From the NCBI GenBank assembly GCA_963785305.1, contig CAWAUV010000008.1, positions 1,184,001-1,248,000 on the forward strand: DNA of 64,000 nt, in the 5' to 3' direction. Positions 10,074 to 21,784 of the stretch are shown here, piece by piece (position 1 is the first letter of the stretch; every line of letters begins with the position of its first letter). Made by a program: the position numbers and the translations under genes. Under the pieces are notes generated by a model that saw nothing but the letters and a program-made list of their open reading frames with translations, was not told the DNA's origin and did not search any database. Origin of the DNA: an uncultured Planctomycetaceae bacterium (GTDB taxonomy: Bacteria > Planctomycetota > Planctomycetia > Pirellulales > PALSA-1355).

Positions 10074-11358
10074 ATGCAACCACCGGCGCAGCAAATCGTC
10101 GTCACGGGACTAGGCATCGTCTCGCCCCTCGGGCGCGTCGTGGCCCGCGGTTTGGGATGCGCTCGTCGGCGGCCGAAGCGGCGTGCGAGAGCTCTCGGAT
10201 CTACGCAAACTCGGCCTCGACATCGCGTTTGCCGGGCAGATCACGAATTTCGACGCCAAGCAGTTCGTCACCCCGCGCAAAAGCCTCAAGGTAATGAGCC
10301 ACGAAACCCAGTGGGCCCATGCCGCGGCCAAGATGGCGTGTCACGACGCGGGCCTCGAGGCCGGCTCGGTCGATCCCGATCGTTTCGGAGTCGTGTTCGG
10401 CGCCGACATGATCTACAGCGAGCCCGAAGACCTGATCGACATCTATCGCAACTGCATCGTGGATGGCCGATTCGACTTCAGTCGCTGGGGCGACGCCATG
10501 GCCTCCAGCATGACTCCGCTGTGGATGCTCAAATATCTGCCGAACATGGCGGCTTGCCATATCGGAATTGCGCTCGACGCGCACGGCCCGAACAATTCGA
10601 TTCTGGTTGGCGAAGCCTCGTCGCTGGTCGCGATGGACGAAGCGCTCCGGCTCATCGAGCGGGGCGTGGTCGACGTGGTGATTACGGGCGGCTCGAGCAA
10701 TCCGGTGAACTTCGTGAGTTGGGCCTTTCGGCATCAGCGGCATTCGCGGCGGCAGGACAACCCGGCCGGCGCGTGTCGACCGTTCGACGCCGACCGCGAT
10801 GGCATGGTCTGCGGCCAGGGCGCCGCGGCGCTGGTGTTCGAGAGTCGGCGCCATGCCGAATCCCGGCGGGCTCGCGTGCTGGCGCGTGTCGAGAGCGCGG
10901 CCCATGCGTTTGATCCGGCTGGCCGCGCCGCCGCCTCCACCGTGGGCCAAGGCGCGGGCGTGGCGCGCGTCGCGCGCCAATCACTCGCCCGCGCCGGCCG
11001 CGCCGCCGAGGACCTGGGCTTTATCGTGGCGCACGGTTACGGCACGCCCGGCGGCGATCTCAATGAAGCTCGCGGCATTCTTGCCGTTGCCCCAAGGACT
11101 CCGGTCACGGCGCTCAAGGGCTATTGGGGTTGCTTGGGCGCGGCGTCGGGCGCGGTCGAGACCGCGGCCGCGATCATGGCCCTGGGCGAAGGCCGTATTC
11201 CCCGCGCGCTCAATTCGCTCCGGCCCGATCCCCAGTGCCCGCTCGAGATCGTGCGCGACGACCACGCGCCGGTCGAGCGATCACGAGCCTTGGTGCTGAC
11301 CCAGAGCACGTTGGGCCAATCGGCCGCCGTGCTCATTGCCGGGCCCGAGGCCGATTGA
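10074..11358 (+). CDS. Beta-ketoacyl synthase (FabF)-fold protein lacking the catalytic Cys (chain-length-factor-like); frameshift near 10135
   Basis: IVVTGLGIVSPLG, LPNMAACHI, CRPFDADRDG, AHGYGT. Active-site TACAS is replaced by VGEASS. Confidence 0.85.
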
Positions 11359-11416
11359 CCTCCGCCTCGCGAGGAGCAGCGAGCGCGGCGCGCTCGAGCC
11401 CGCCGGCGCGTGCCCG

Positions 11417-12970
11417 TCACCACACCACTTCCAAGCCGGTTTCACCGCCCATCATCAGCACGAAGCCGGTGTTGTCGACCGCCGGCGTGGCCTGGGCCGG
11501 AAAGCGAACTTGATTGGGCCCGAGCGCGAGTTCGTTGATCGCGATCAGGTCGAAGCCGACCCGCAAGGCCACATTTTGGCGAAGCTGATAAGCCGCGCTG
11601 AAATTCACATCGTAGATGAATGAAAACTGCGTGCTGCGGGCCGACTCATTGCGGTTGGGCACTTGCGATGTAAGAAAGGCATCGTAGGCCACGACCTGAC
11701 TGCGCTGCGTGCTCGTGTTCACATAGGGCCCGGCCTTGGCGCGAGCGCCAACCCGCCAGCGAGCGTGTTGATACATCACATCGAGCCCCGCCTGCGGCCC
11801 GATTAGGAAGTTCGTGGTTTGGATATCGTAGTGCCCGTAGATTTGCGAGGCCACGATGCCTAGCGAATCGTAGTTGAAATGCTCGTTGAGCGTCACCACC
11901 CGCAAACCGCCGAAGAACGACGGCGTGGGCATGGGCGTGACTTTGCGAACCCAGGTCCCGTCGCTCGCCAATTCGAGGCGATCGCGTCCCAGTCGCTGAC
12001 GCACGCGGTAGTTCAATTCATAGCTGTTGAACGCCGACTTGTAGTCGTACGACTGAATATGCGAACCGTTGAAGCCGGGAATCGAGTGCGTCGGGTCTTG
12101 TCGCGTAATCAATCCATTGCCGGTGGCGTATGAAGTCAAGCTGCCGGCGCTGTTCCAGTTGCCGAACCCGAGGAAGGTGAACTCCACCGAGTGATCACGG
12201 TTCTTCTTGTCGCGCCCGAGAATCCGGCCGTAGGTCAATCTCGCCATGGCGGAATAGCCCAAGTAGGGATTCGTATGCAGTTCGTTTTCGGCTGGCGACG
12301 AAAGGTCCTGGGCCAAAATGAGCGGTTTCGTGGGCCCCTCGCGGCTCATCATCACCGCATCGATCTGAATGTATGCCTTGCCGCGATAGAACGCCTTGCC
12401 CGAACTGGCGATGCGCGGCGCGGTGTCGGGAGACCAGAACGAATCGTAGTCCTCGGAATCCGGCTCGGCGATCGCTTGAATCGGCGGCGGCAGTTCCTCG
12501 GGCGGCTGATCGAGATTAATGCGGTTTTCGGGCGGCATGAGTTCAACCGGTGGCTCGGCGTCGCCGGCGGCGTCTTCGGCCATGACTGCGGCGGAGTTGT
12601 CCGATGGGCTTTCGGGATTCGCCGAGAGATCCGAGGGTCCAGGTGGCTCGGGAGCGCTGAGGCATTGTCGCGGGATCCTCGGTCGCGGGCGGCTGATCCG
12701 CCGAGACGAGCCGCAAAGCGCTTGCCCGCATTTGCGAAAGCTTGCTCAACGAAGGCCCCAACGGTCGCGGCGGCGCCGCATCGCCCGTGCGCTCGATCCG
12801 GCGGCGTTGCGCCGCGAGCTGGCGCCCGCCGGGACAAACGCTGGTCCGTTGGCCGACCAGGGGGTGTTCGACCCCGAACTGCCGACGAACGACTGCCCGA
12901 AAGCCGCCGATTCGCTAGCCGCCGCGACAAGCGCGATGACGATCCGTAATGTCCTGGCGATTCCCGACAC
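11417..12970 (-). CDS. Planctomycete outer-membrane beta-barrel protein (BBP7-like); frameshifted N-terminus
   Basis: Amphipathic strands [35 protein letters not shown]; terminal aromatic (GLEVVW). Signal-like segment [17 protein letters not shown] follows GTG at ~12970. Confidence 0.65.
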
Positions 12971-13441
12971 GCGTGCTATCTCCCTGAATCGCGGAGCCCG
13001 GTCGGGGCCGTGGGGCCAGCCGACCGTGACCATCGAAACAACATCGCACCAACTCTCGGTCCCTTCGGTAATCGGAATCCGCGCAGTCGACGGAACAGGA
13101 ATAATCGACAGAATCCGAAAATCCACGGCACCTACCCCAAATTCGCGCGGGTCGAGCCCCGCGCCGGCATTACTGGCTACCGCGCGCCGCTCGTCGAGCG
13201 CGGTTCTCGTCGGGGGGCGAGCACTCGCGAAATCAAACCAGGAAACACGGACCGGCGAGATGATTTTTCGCACATAAAACGTGGCGGCGGCTTGCCTTTT
13301 GGCTGGAGGCGCGTAAAAAAGGGGGGCATGGCCGGGAGAGGCTTTCGACACCCCGGAGATCGTCGCGATTTGGGGCGGCGATCCGCCCCCGGGTTCTCTT
13401 CCCCGCTTCAACTTTTTACTTCTGCTGGCAGGAGCTTCGCT

Positions 13442-14495
13442 ATGACTTCGCCGCTCGAATCGCTGATCGCCTGTGGGACGAAACTTTGGCTCGATTCGAT
13501 CGACCCGGAACTGGTGGCCCGCGACCATGCGCTGGGCGCCTCGGGCGCGACCTCGAATCCGATCATCGTTTCCGACCTGATCAAGACGGGGCGATTCGAT
13601 CGCGATCTCGACGAATTCATTTCCCAGAAGCTCAGCGACGAGCAGATCGCTTGGCAAATGACCGACAAGCTGGTGCGGCAAGCGCAGGCGGTCTTTTTGC
13701 CGGTGAATCGCAAAACCCAGGGCAACGACGGCTATGTGAGCTTCGAGCTTGATCCGCTGTTGGAAGACGCCGACGCGCCGCCGCAAGCCGAGCGGGTCAA
13801 GCGGTATGTCGAGTTGGGCAAGCAATGGTCGGCTGGCCACGAAAACCGCATGATTAAAATCCCCGCCACTCCGGCCGGCATCGAAGCGATCGAGCCGCTC
13901 ACGGCTCACGGCGTGACCCTGAATGTAACCCTGATTTTTTCGCCGCGGCAATATCGCGCCGCGCGCGACGCGGCCTGGCGCGGCGCAGCGTCACGGCAAG
14001 CTCGAGCGCTTCAAGAGCGTGTACAGCATTTTCGTGTCCCGGGTCGATGTTTACACCGAGCAGCATGTGCCCAAGCTCTCGGCCGCGGCCCAAGGCCAGG
14101 TGGGCATCGTCGGCGCCAAGCGCATCTGGGCCGAGAATCGCGAGTTTTGGAAGGACAAGGGCCTCAAGCTCGATCAGGAATTGATCTTCGCCAGCACCGG
14201 CACGAAGAAGCCGAGCGACCCGGCCTGGAAATATGTCGCCGCGTTTGCCGGCAGCGACATCGAGACCAATCCGCCCGGAACCAACGCCGCGGTGCAGAAG
14301 AGTGGCCGCACCTTCGACCGCGAGATCGATAAATTGCCCCCCGCCGAAGTGCTTGCCGAGATCGACCGGCTGGTCGATATGCAGCATCTGGAGCGCACGC
14401 TCATGGAAGAGGGGCTCAAGAAATTCGCCGACCCGCAAAAGGCGCTGTTGAAACTGATCAAGGAAAAGCGATCCTCGCTTTCGGCCGCCCGCTGA
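13442..14495 (+). CDS. tal: Transaldolase (frameshift near 13990)
   Basis: LWLDS, GATSNP, VSFELDP, MIKIPAT, NVTLIFS, then YSIFVSRVD and FASTGTK in the second frame. Confidence 0.93.
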
Positions 14496-14691
14496 AATGG
14501 GGCCGCCGCGCGACGCGCGATTCGCGACGGGCGATTCGCGACGGGCGTCGTTTCGCCGAGGGGTTGGCCGGTCGCACGCCGGCGAGCATTCTGCTACGAT
14601 CGTCGTCGCGTGTCGCGGGGTCCGCGCGCCCGGCATGCGTGTTCGGCGGGCTTCATTCATTGCGCATTTCCTTGCAGGAGTTCCTTGTCCC

Positions 14692-16890
14692 ATGGTGCTC
14701 GATCCTTACGCTTCCTGTCCCGGCGGCGCCGCCAAGAAGATCAAATTCTGTTGCCCCGACCTTGTCACCGAACTCGACAAGCTCGAACGGATGCTCCAGG
14801 GCGATCAGCGAGCCGCCGCGCTTGAGTTTGTCGAGGCCTCCCTTAGGAAGCATCCGGACCGGGCCTGCTTGCTTTCGTTCAAGGCGATGCTCGAATCCGA
14901 GCTCAAGAGCGTCGGCGCCGCCGAGGCCACCGCGGCTCACATGCTCGAGCTGTATCCCGACAACCCCGTAGCGCTGGCCGAGCTTGCAATCATCAGTTCG
15001 GCCAAGAGTGATGCGCTCGGCGCCGTCGATTATCTGCAGAAGGCGTTCGATGGCCTTGGCCAAGACGATGTGCCGCATCAAGTCTATTCGGCTACCGGCT
15101 TGGTGGCCGACCGGTTGCTGCGCGGCGGTTATTATCTCGCGGCTCGCGGACACCTGCTCATGCAGCTTGCCTTCTCCCAAGGGCAAGACGAGCAAGTGCT
15201 CAACCTTCTCTCGCGAATCAACATGATCGCCGAGATTCCGCTGTTGCTCAAACAAGAGTTCAACCTCGACTTGCCGGAGACCGAACCCGACCGTTGGCCG
15301 GTCGATCCGGCGTCGAAGGCCGCCTGCAAAGCCGCGATCGAAGCCGGCTTTCGCGGCTCGTGGCGCAAGGCGGCGGATCAGCTTGCCGCCATTGGCCAGA
15401 CCGCTGGCGCGTGGCCCGGCATCGAACGCAACCAGGCGATTCTGCGGGGCTGGGTGGCCGATCATCCGGCGGCGTGCGCGGCGTGGCGCGCCCTTGCGGC
15501 ATCGCCGCGCGTGTCGGAAGACGAGGCCGCGGAAGCGCTCGCGCTCGCCTCGCTGCTCGATCCCGAGACCGTCGACCAAACCGGCATTTTTCGCCGTCAC
15601 TATCCGGTCAAGGATTTCGAGGCGCTTTCGGCGAGGCTCTTTGCCCACGCGCAAACGCCGCGAATGCCCTACGATCTTTCGCAGTTCTCCGGCCCCGACG
15701 AGCCGGCGCCCAAGGGGGCGTTCTTCTTGCTCGACCGTCCCATGCCATCGGCGGAGGCCCCTTCCGACGGCGGGCCGCCCGACAGCATAGCGCTTGGCGA
15801 AATTCCCCGAATCGTCGGTCAAGTATTTCTTTATAGCCGCGAGACGGATCGCGACGCTCGGCTCGAAATGATCGCCTATGGCGACGAGCGCGAGGCGGCG
15901 CATCGCACCTTGTCGCTGGCGGCCGGCGATGCGATCGGCGTCGATTTTCAAGAAGAGCAAACCGGCGATGTTCCCACTTGGCGGCATTTGCTGAGTTGGA
16001 ACCTGCGATTGCCGGAAAAAACATCGACCGAGCGGCGAATCGAGTTGCTCGATGCCGAGCGGCGCGAGGCGGTGCTCGAGCGCTGGCCCCAGCGGCCGCT
16101 CCGCGAGCTCGCTGGCAAGACTCCGCTCGAAGCGGCCCAAGACCCGGCCGCTCGCGCTCGGCTGCTCGCGGCGATCTTGGTGATCGAGTCGAGCCCCGAA
16201 AACTCGATGAGCGATCTGGATTTCGACCTGCTCCGCGAGAAGCTCGGGCTCGGTCCGGCCGCTCTCGTCGACGCGAGCCAGTTCGTCGATGGGGCCGTTC
16301 CGCTGCCTCGCTTGTCGCGCGTGGCGCTCGACAAGCTCGACGATGAGTCGCTGTTCGAAAATCTGAATCGCGCCGTGATGATGCACCATCACCGGGCGCT
16401 CCGGCGTTTCGCGAGCGAATTGGTTCGGCGCCCCAGCGTGCCACTGGAGCGCAAGTCGCTGGCCCATGGGATGCTGGCCCAAATCGAGATCGATCCGCAC
16501 AAGGCGCTCTGGCATGTCGACGCGGCCCGCAAGGCGGCGGAAGCGGCCGGCCAATCATCGGCGGCCTGGGATGTGACCGAACTGAGTTTGCGTTTGGCGG
16601 CCAATGATATCGAAGCCTCGCAGCGATTGATGCTGCACATTCAGGCCGAGCACATCAATGAGCGCGGCGTGAAAGAGGCGCTGTTTCGAGTGCTCGTCGA
16701 AGCGGGGGTCATTGGCCCCGACGGACAGATGCCCGTCGCCGCCGCGAAAACTCCGGCCGGCTCGGGGCTGATTGTGCCCGGCGCGGCCTCGGCTTCAAGC
16801 GAAACCTCGGGCGGCGGCAAGCTCTGGACTCCCGGCGCCGAGCCGGCGCAAGGCGCGAAAAAATCGGCGATCTGGACTCCCGGAAGCTAG
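14692..16890 (+). CDS. Conserved Planctomycete helical/TPR-like protein with N-terminal SEC-C-like motif
   Basis: DPYASCPGGAAKKIKFCC N-terminus; 732 aa helical body; KLWTPG/AIWTPG tail. Confidence 0.75.
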   Translation: MVLDPYASCPGGAAKKIKFCCPDLVTELDKLERMLQGDQRAAALEFVEASLRKHPDRACLLSFKAMLESELKSVGAAEATAAHMLELYPDNPVALAELAIISSAKSDALGAVDYLQKAFDGLGQDDVPHQVYSATGLVADRLLRGGYYLAARGHLLMQLAFSQGQDEQVLNLLSRINMIAEIPLLLKQEFNLDLPETEPDRWPVDPASKAACKAAIEAGFRGSWRKAADQLAAIGQTAGAWPGIERNQAILRGWVADHPAACAAWRALAASPRVSEDEAAEALALASLLDPETVDQTGIFRRHYPVKDFEALSARLFAHAQTPRMPYDLSQFSGPDEPAPKGAFFLLDRPMPSAEAPSDGGPPDSIALGEIPRIVGQVFLYSRETDRDARLEMIAYGDEREAAHRTLSLAAGDAIGVDFQEEQTGDVPTWRHLLSWNLRLPEKTSTERRIELLDAERREAVLERWPQRPLRELAGKTPLEAAQDPAARARLLAAILVIESSPENSMSDLDFDLLREKLGLGPAALVDASQFVDGAVPLPRLSRVALDKLDDESLFENLNRAVMMHHHRALRRFASELVRRPSVPLERKSLAHGMLAQIEIDPHKALWHVDAARKAAEAAGQSSAAWDVTELSLRLAANDIEASQRLMLHIQAEHINERGVKEALFRVLVEAGVIGPDGQMPVAAAKTPAGSGLIVPGAASASSETSGGGKLWTPGAEPAQGAKKSAIWTPGS

Positions 16891-17011
16891 GGAATGGCAT
16901 GGCGCGCGGCCATCGTGTCGGTCGATCTTGTTGAACACCATGTTGCTTGACGGGCGTCGGCGGCCGAACTTGAGGTCGCGCGTGCTGGGGCTCGGACCGG
17001 AGTGCGTTTCG

Positions 17012-19128
17012 ATGCATGCGATGCCGCTGATGATCGGCGTGTTGGCCGCGCTAGCCGTGGCCTACCGGTTCTATAGCGCTTTTCTCGCGGCCCGCGTGGC
17101 GGTGCTCGACGACAGTCGCCCGACGCCGGCGGTCATGCTTAACGACGGGCAGAATTATCATCCGACCCATCCCTGGGTGCTATTCGGTCATCATTTCGCC
17201 GCCATCTCCGGCGCGGGACCCTTGATCGGGCCGGTGCTCGCGATTCAATTCGGCTTCTTGCCTGGACTGCTCTGGATCGTGGTTGGCGTGTGTTTGGCCG
17301 GGGCGGTGCAAGATATGCTCGTGATGGCCGCTTCCGTGCGCCATGGCGGCCGCTCGCTCGCCGAGATTGCCCGGGCCGAGATTGGGCCGGTGGCCGGCGC
17401 CACGGCGTCGATCACGATTTTATTCGTGGTCGTGATCGCGCTGGCGGGGCTGGGGCTCGTGGTGGTCAAAGCGCTGGGCGGCGAGGAGGTGGGGCTTGCC
17501 GAACACACGCGGCTCGAAGCCCCCAGCGGCCAGCGTCCGAGGATCGTGAGCGAGGACGGCAGCCGGCCGCGGGCCGTGCTCGAAGCCCCGGGCAACACGC
17601 GAATTCATTATCCGAGCGGGTCGAGCGTGGTGCGAAGCGAGCCGTTTCGCATTGCCCTGCCGCATGCGATGTCGCTCGAAGCGGCCCAGCGACTGGCCGC
17701 GGAAGACTCGGCGGATTTGCCGGCGGGCTCGGCCCAAATCATTTCGGGCAGTAGCTGGGGCACGTTTACCATCGCCGCCACGGTGCCGATCGCGCTCGTC
17801 GTGGGGCTCTACATGCAACGTCTCCGCAAGGGACGCGTTGTCGAGGCCTCGGCCCTGGGCGCGGTGGCGGTGCTGGCGGCCACGGTCGTCGGCGGCTGGG
17901 TGCCGGGCTCGGCTTTCGAATCCTGGTTTTCGCTGAGTCGCGAGACGACGATCATCGCGATCTGCAGCTACGGTTTCATCGCCTCGGTGTTGCCGGTGTG
18001 GCTGCTCCTCGCGCCGCGCGATTACTTGTCGAGCTTCCTCAAGATCGGCACGATCGCGCTGATTGTCGTGGCGGTGCTCGTGGCCGACCCGAAGCTTTCG
18101 GCCCCGAGCGTGAATCCGTATTTCATCTCGGGAGGCGGTCCCTATTTCAAGGGCGCGCTGTTTCCCTTTTGTTTCATCTGCATCATGTGCGGCGCCATCT
18201 CGGGATTTCATGCCTTGGTCGCCTCGGGCACCACGCCCAAGATGATCCAGCGCGAAAGCCATGTGCGTCCGATCGGCTACGGCGCGATGCTCATCGAAGG
18301 GCTCGTGGCGGTCGTGGCCTTGATTGCCGCGGCGGCGCTGCCGCAAGAAGACTATTGGGCAATCAACATCGATTTGAAGAAGGTCAACGACTACGCCGAA
18401 ACACTCGCCAAGATGGGCGCCGACCACGACAATCTCGCCACGATCGAACAGCAGATCGGCGGCGAGACACTGCGCGGACGAACCGGCGGCGCGGTCACGC
18501 TCGCGGTCGGCATGTCGCGGGTCTTCACGCAAGCCGCGCGGCGCGTGTCCGGCGACGCGGTCGACCTGGGCGGCGTGATCAAGTATTGGTACCACTTCGC
18601 GATCATGTTCGAGGCGCTGTTCATTCTCACCACGATCGACGCCGGCACGCGCATTGCCCGCTTCTTGTTTCAAGAAGCGCTCGGCAAGGTTTATAAGCCG
18701 TTCGAGCGCGCCGATTGGCTGCCCGGCGCCTTGTTCGCCACGGCGGTCGTCACGCTGGGCTGGGGCGGATTGATCGCCACCGGCTCGATCGACACGATCT
18801 GGCCCATGTTCGGCATCGCGAATCAAATGCTGGCGATCATCGCCCTGTGCGTGGTGACGACGGTGATGACCAATTCCGGACGGGGGCGATATGCGCCCAT
18901 CACGCTGCTGCCGATGGCGTTCATCGTGTCGACCACGGTCACGGCCGCGTATCAAATGGTCACGGGCCCGTTTTGGGTGATGATTCGCGAGGGGCATCGC
19001 GTGGGCAACCGGCGCAATTCATCACCGGCAGTCTCAATGCCGCGTTTATCGTGTTGATCGTGATCGCGGTGGGCGTGATTTTGTTTTCGTCGATCGCCCG
19101 CTGGTTCTCGCCGAAGCCTTCCAAATAA
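17012..19128 (+). CDS. cstA: Carbon starvation protein A, peptide/pyruvate transporter (frameshift near 19005)
   Basis: VLFGHHFAAISGAGPLIGP, LLAPRDYLS, CGAISGFHALVASGTTPKMI, WYHFAIMFEALFILTTIDAGTR, WPMFGIANQ. Confidence 0.95.
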
Positions 19129-19407
19129 GTGGCGGACTCCTTGGCGACAGGGCGCCGCGGGGCTTGGCGAAATGCGACGAATTGTCGGGGGCCGATTTGG
19201 CCCGAAGAACTGCTCTTTTCGGCCGAAATGGCCGGCGCGGGCATTGCGCGAGACGATAAATTCGACTTTTTTTGTTCGCCCTCGGGAATAACGTCGCTTT
19301 GCCAGCCATCTTTCTTTAGGAGAGGACGCCGCGCCGTTTTTCGGTCGCCGGGCTCCCGAGTTGATTTCATTGCACCCTTGGTATGTTCGAGAAAAGGATC
19401 CAAGATC

Positions 19408-19668
19408 ATGAAGAAGTTTTGCTTTCTGTCGGCCGTGTTGGGTTTGAGCCTCGCGATTGTCGGCTGCGAAAGCCCGGCGCAAAAGAAGGAAGACGCGGCG
19501 AAGCAGGAGATCAAGGCCGACGCTAAGGAAAAGGAAGCGATCGCCGAAGGCGACAAGAAGATGGAAGACGTGCAGGCCGACACACAGAAGGACGTCAACA
19601 AGGCCGAAGGCGACAAGGCCGCCGCCGAGCAGAAGGCCGAGAAGGCCGACGCCGAAGGCGCCAAGTAA
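19408..19668 (+). CDS. Small K/E/A-rich lipoprotein
   Basis: MKKFCFLSAVLGLSLAIVGC lipobox followed by a charged helical tail. Confidence 0.75.
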   Translation: MKKFCFLSAVLGLSLAIVGCESPAQKKEDAAKQEIKADAKEKEAIAEGDKKMEDVQADTQKDVNKAEGDKAAAEQKAEKADAEGAK

Positions 19669-20274
19669 CGCCGCGCAAGGCGGCGCCTTTGTCCAGTTGC
19701 TCGCCGAAATCGCCCCCAGTCAAACCGGGTAATCGATCTCGGAGTTGCGATCCAACGCGACAAAGTCTACTGATATTCGACAAGTCGACTGAAATTCAAC
19801 AAGGCGATGGACGGGCACATGATGCTTCATGGCCCTCCATCGCCTTGTTGTTTTTGGGGCGATGCTCGACTCGCCGCCGCGGTCCGCGAGCGCCGGCCGC
19901 GCGGCCAGATTGGCGCATCATCATTCAGCCGCGCCGTGGCACAATGCGGCTGATTGTTTAATTCTTGCTAAGGCGAAAAATAGAATCCTCGCCTCCCAGC
20001 CGCGATCAAAAGGCGCCTCTTCACGGGGGTTTTCAGCGATCGCGGCCCACTTCAGACGCTCGCCGCCGCACGCTTCCAAGCCCCGCTGGCCAATCACGGC
20101 GCCGGGGCCGGCGCATCAGTTGCTCGCAACCGCTTGGCATCGTTCAGCCCAGCATGCGGGCGGCTGCTGGCGCCCCTTCTCCGTGAGATCGTGTCCGACG
20201 AGTCAATCGCCCCACCCGGCGCTCTTGGAATGCGATCTCGCGACTTCCCCAGTTTTTGCATGAGGAGATTGTTG

Positions 20275-21216
20275 ATGAAACGCACCGTTTTCACTGGCGC
20301 ATTGGCTTTGGCCAGCGCCCTCGCGATCGTTGGTCCCGCGCGGGCCGACGACAACTCGAATTCCGACGTCGCGAAGCAGAATTCGCAAAATCAAGAAGCG
20401 AACGCCGATCGCGATCAAAAGCAAAATCGCGAACATCGCGATGCCCGCGCGAAAAACCGCGATAACGATCGCGATCGCGCTCGCAATGAGAATGCCCGCG
20501 GCGAGCGGCGCGATCGCCGTTCGAACTCGATGCAACCCGGCGACAATCAACGCTCGGCCAGCCAGCGCGGCGCCGACGAAGCCGCCGATTTCCTCGCCGG
20601 TTACTATGCGGGCTATGCCGAGGGATATTGCGACGGCAACGATGATTCGATTTACTACATCATCGACTTGCATCGCCAGAAACAGCGCGAGCAGCAAGCC
20701 GGTCAATCAGGCGCGTCGAGCGGCGCGAATGCATCCTCGCAAGCCGACAAGAATCGCTCCGACGAAGCGCGGGAGCGCGGTGATCGCGACAAGCTCTCGT
20801 CGCATCGACAGCGTGCCCGCGAGGCTGCCCGGCGCGGTCATCCGGCAAGCTCCACGAACAGCGATCAGTCGCGGCTGCTCGATGGTCGCGTGATCGAATC
20901 GTGGACCGCGCGTCAGGGACAGCGGCAGCACACCCTGGCTCGCGTGCGCGATGAAGCAGGCGACAGCGTGCTGGTGGATTTGGGACCGGCCAAGAATTTG
21001 CGCGATGTGCGAATCGAAGAAGGCGACGACATCGCGGTGCGTGGTTCGCGAGACGACGATGGGCGCCGATTCGTCGCCCGACAGGCTTGGATCAACGACG
21101 GTCCGACGCTCCAGATCGCGGCCGGCGATCAGGATCAGAAGAACAGCGACTCGGGCTCGGATTCGAATTCCAGCGCGAATCGCGAGGAGTCGCGCGAGCA
21201 CGACTCGCGACGCTAG
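20275..21216 (+). CDS. Secreted hydrophilic protein with probable C-terminal OB-fold
   Basis: Signal peptide MKRTVFTGALALASALAIVGPARA; R/D/Q/N-rich body; C-terminal VLVDLGP...IEEGDDIAVRG. Confidence 0.7.
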   Translation: MKRTVFTGALALASALAIVGPARADDNSNSDVAKQNSQNQEANADRDQKQNREHRDARAKNRDNDRDRARNENARGERRDRRSNSMQPGDNQRSASQRGADEAADFLAGYYAGYAEGYCDGNDDSIYYIIDLHRQKQREQQAGQSGASSGANASSQADKNRSDEARERGDRDKLSSHRQRAREAARRGHPASSTNSDQSRLLDGRVIESWTARQGQRQHTLARVRDEAGDSVLVDLGPAKNLRDVRIEEGDDIAVRGSRDDDGRRFVARQAWINDGPTLQIAAGDQDQKNSDSGSDSNSSANREESREHDSRR

Positions 21217-21245
21217 GCAGTAAGGCCCCGACTCGGTAAAAAACG

Positions 21246-21288
21246 AAGCTGGGTCGAAAGGCGATGTGCTTTTCGACCCAGCTTTTTT
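21246..21288. terminator. Intrinsic (probably bidirectional) terminator
   Basis: AAGCTGGGTCGAAA ... TTTCGACCCAGCTT stem followed by a T-run, with an A-run on the other side, between convergent genes. Confidence 0.85.
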
Positions 21289-21331
21289 ATCGTTCCTCGA
21301 TACCTTGCCGACCTCATGGCCGGAGAGGTTC

Positions 21332-21784
21332 CTAGCAGCGGGCAAGTTGCGAATTGCCCGGTGGCATTTCAGCGTGTCGGCTCGGGTTGTCGTAGTGATT
21401 ATGATTGTGGTTGTGGTTGTGGTTGTGATTGGAAGCTGCCCCGGTTCGCTCCGCGTCGGCAGCGAGTTCCTGAGCGAAGAACTCGTTGACCTGACAGCCG
21501 TAGAGCGTCGCGATCACGGCCAAATCGCTGGCAAAAGGTTCACGCGAACTGCGGCCGCCGCCTCGCTCCCAGGCGAGCAGCGTGCCGCGCTTGCATTCCA
21601 AGCCCAAGGCGGTCAGCTTCGAGGCGGCTTCTTTCACCGTCATGCCGGCTCGATTGCGAGCGGTTTTCAAGCCGCGCCCCAGCGAGGTTCGGCGGTCTAT
21701 GTCGAACGAAACTCGCGATTTGGGCCGCGTGCTTCCTTGGGGAGATTGAGTCGTGTCGATTGGAGAGTCCGTTGGGCGTTCCAT
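21332..21784 (-). CDS. XRE-family helix-turn-helix regulator with (Asn-His)6 tail
   Basis: LGRGLKTARNRAGMTVKEAA...TLLAWERG...LAVIATLYGCQVNEFF. Confidence 0.8.
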   Translation of the reverse strand: MERPTDSPIDTTQSPQGSTRPKSRVSFDIDRRTSLGRGLKTARNRAGMTVKEAASKLTALGLECKRGTLLAWERGGGRSSREPFASDLAVIATLYGCQVNEFFAQELAADAERTGAASNHNHNHNHNHNHYDNPSRHAEMPPGNSQLARC

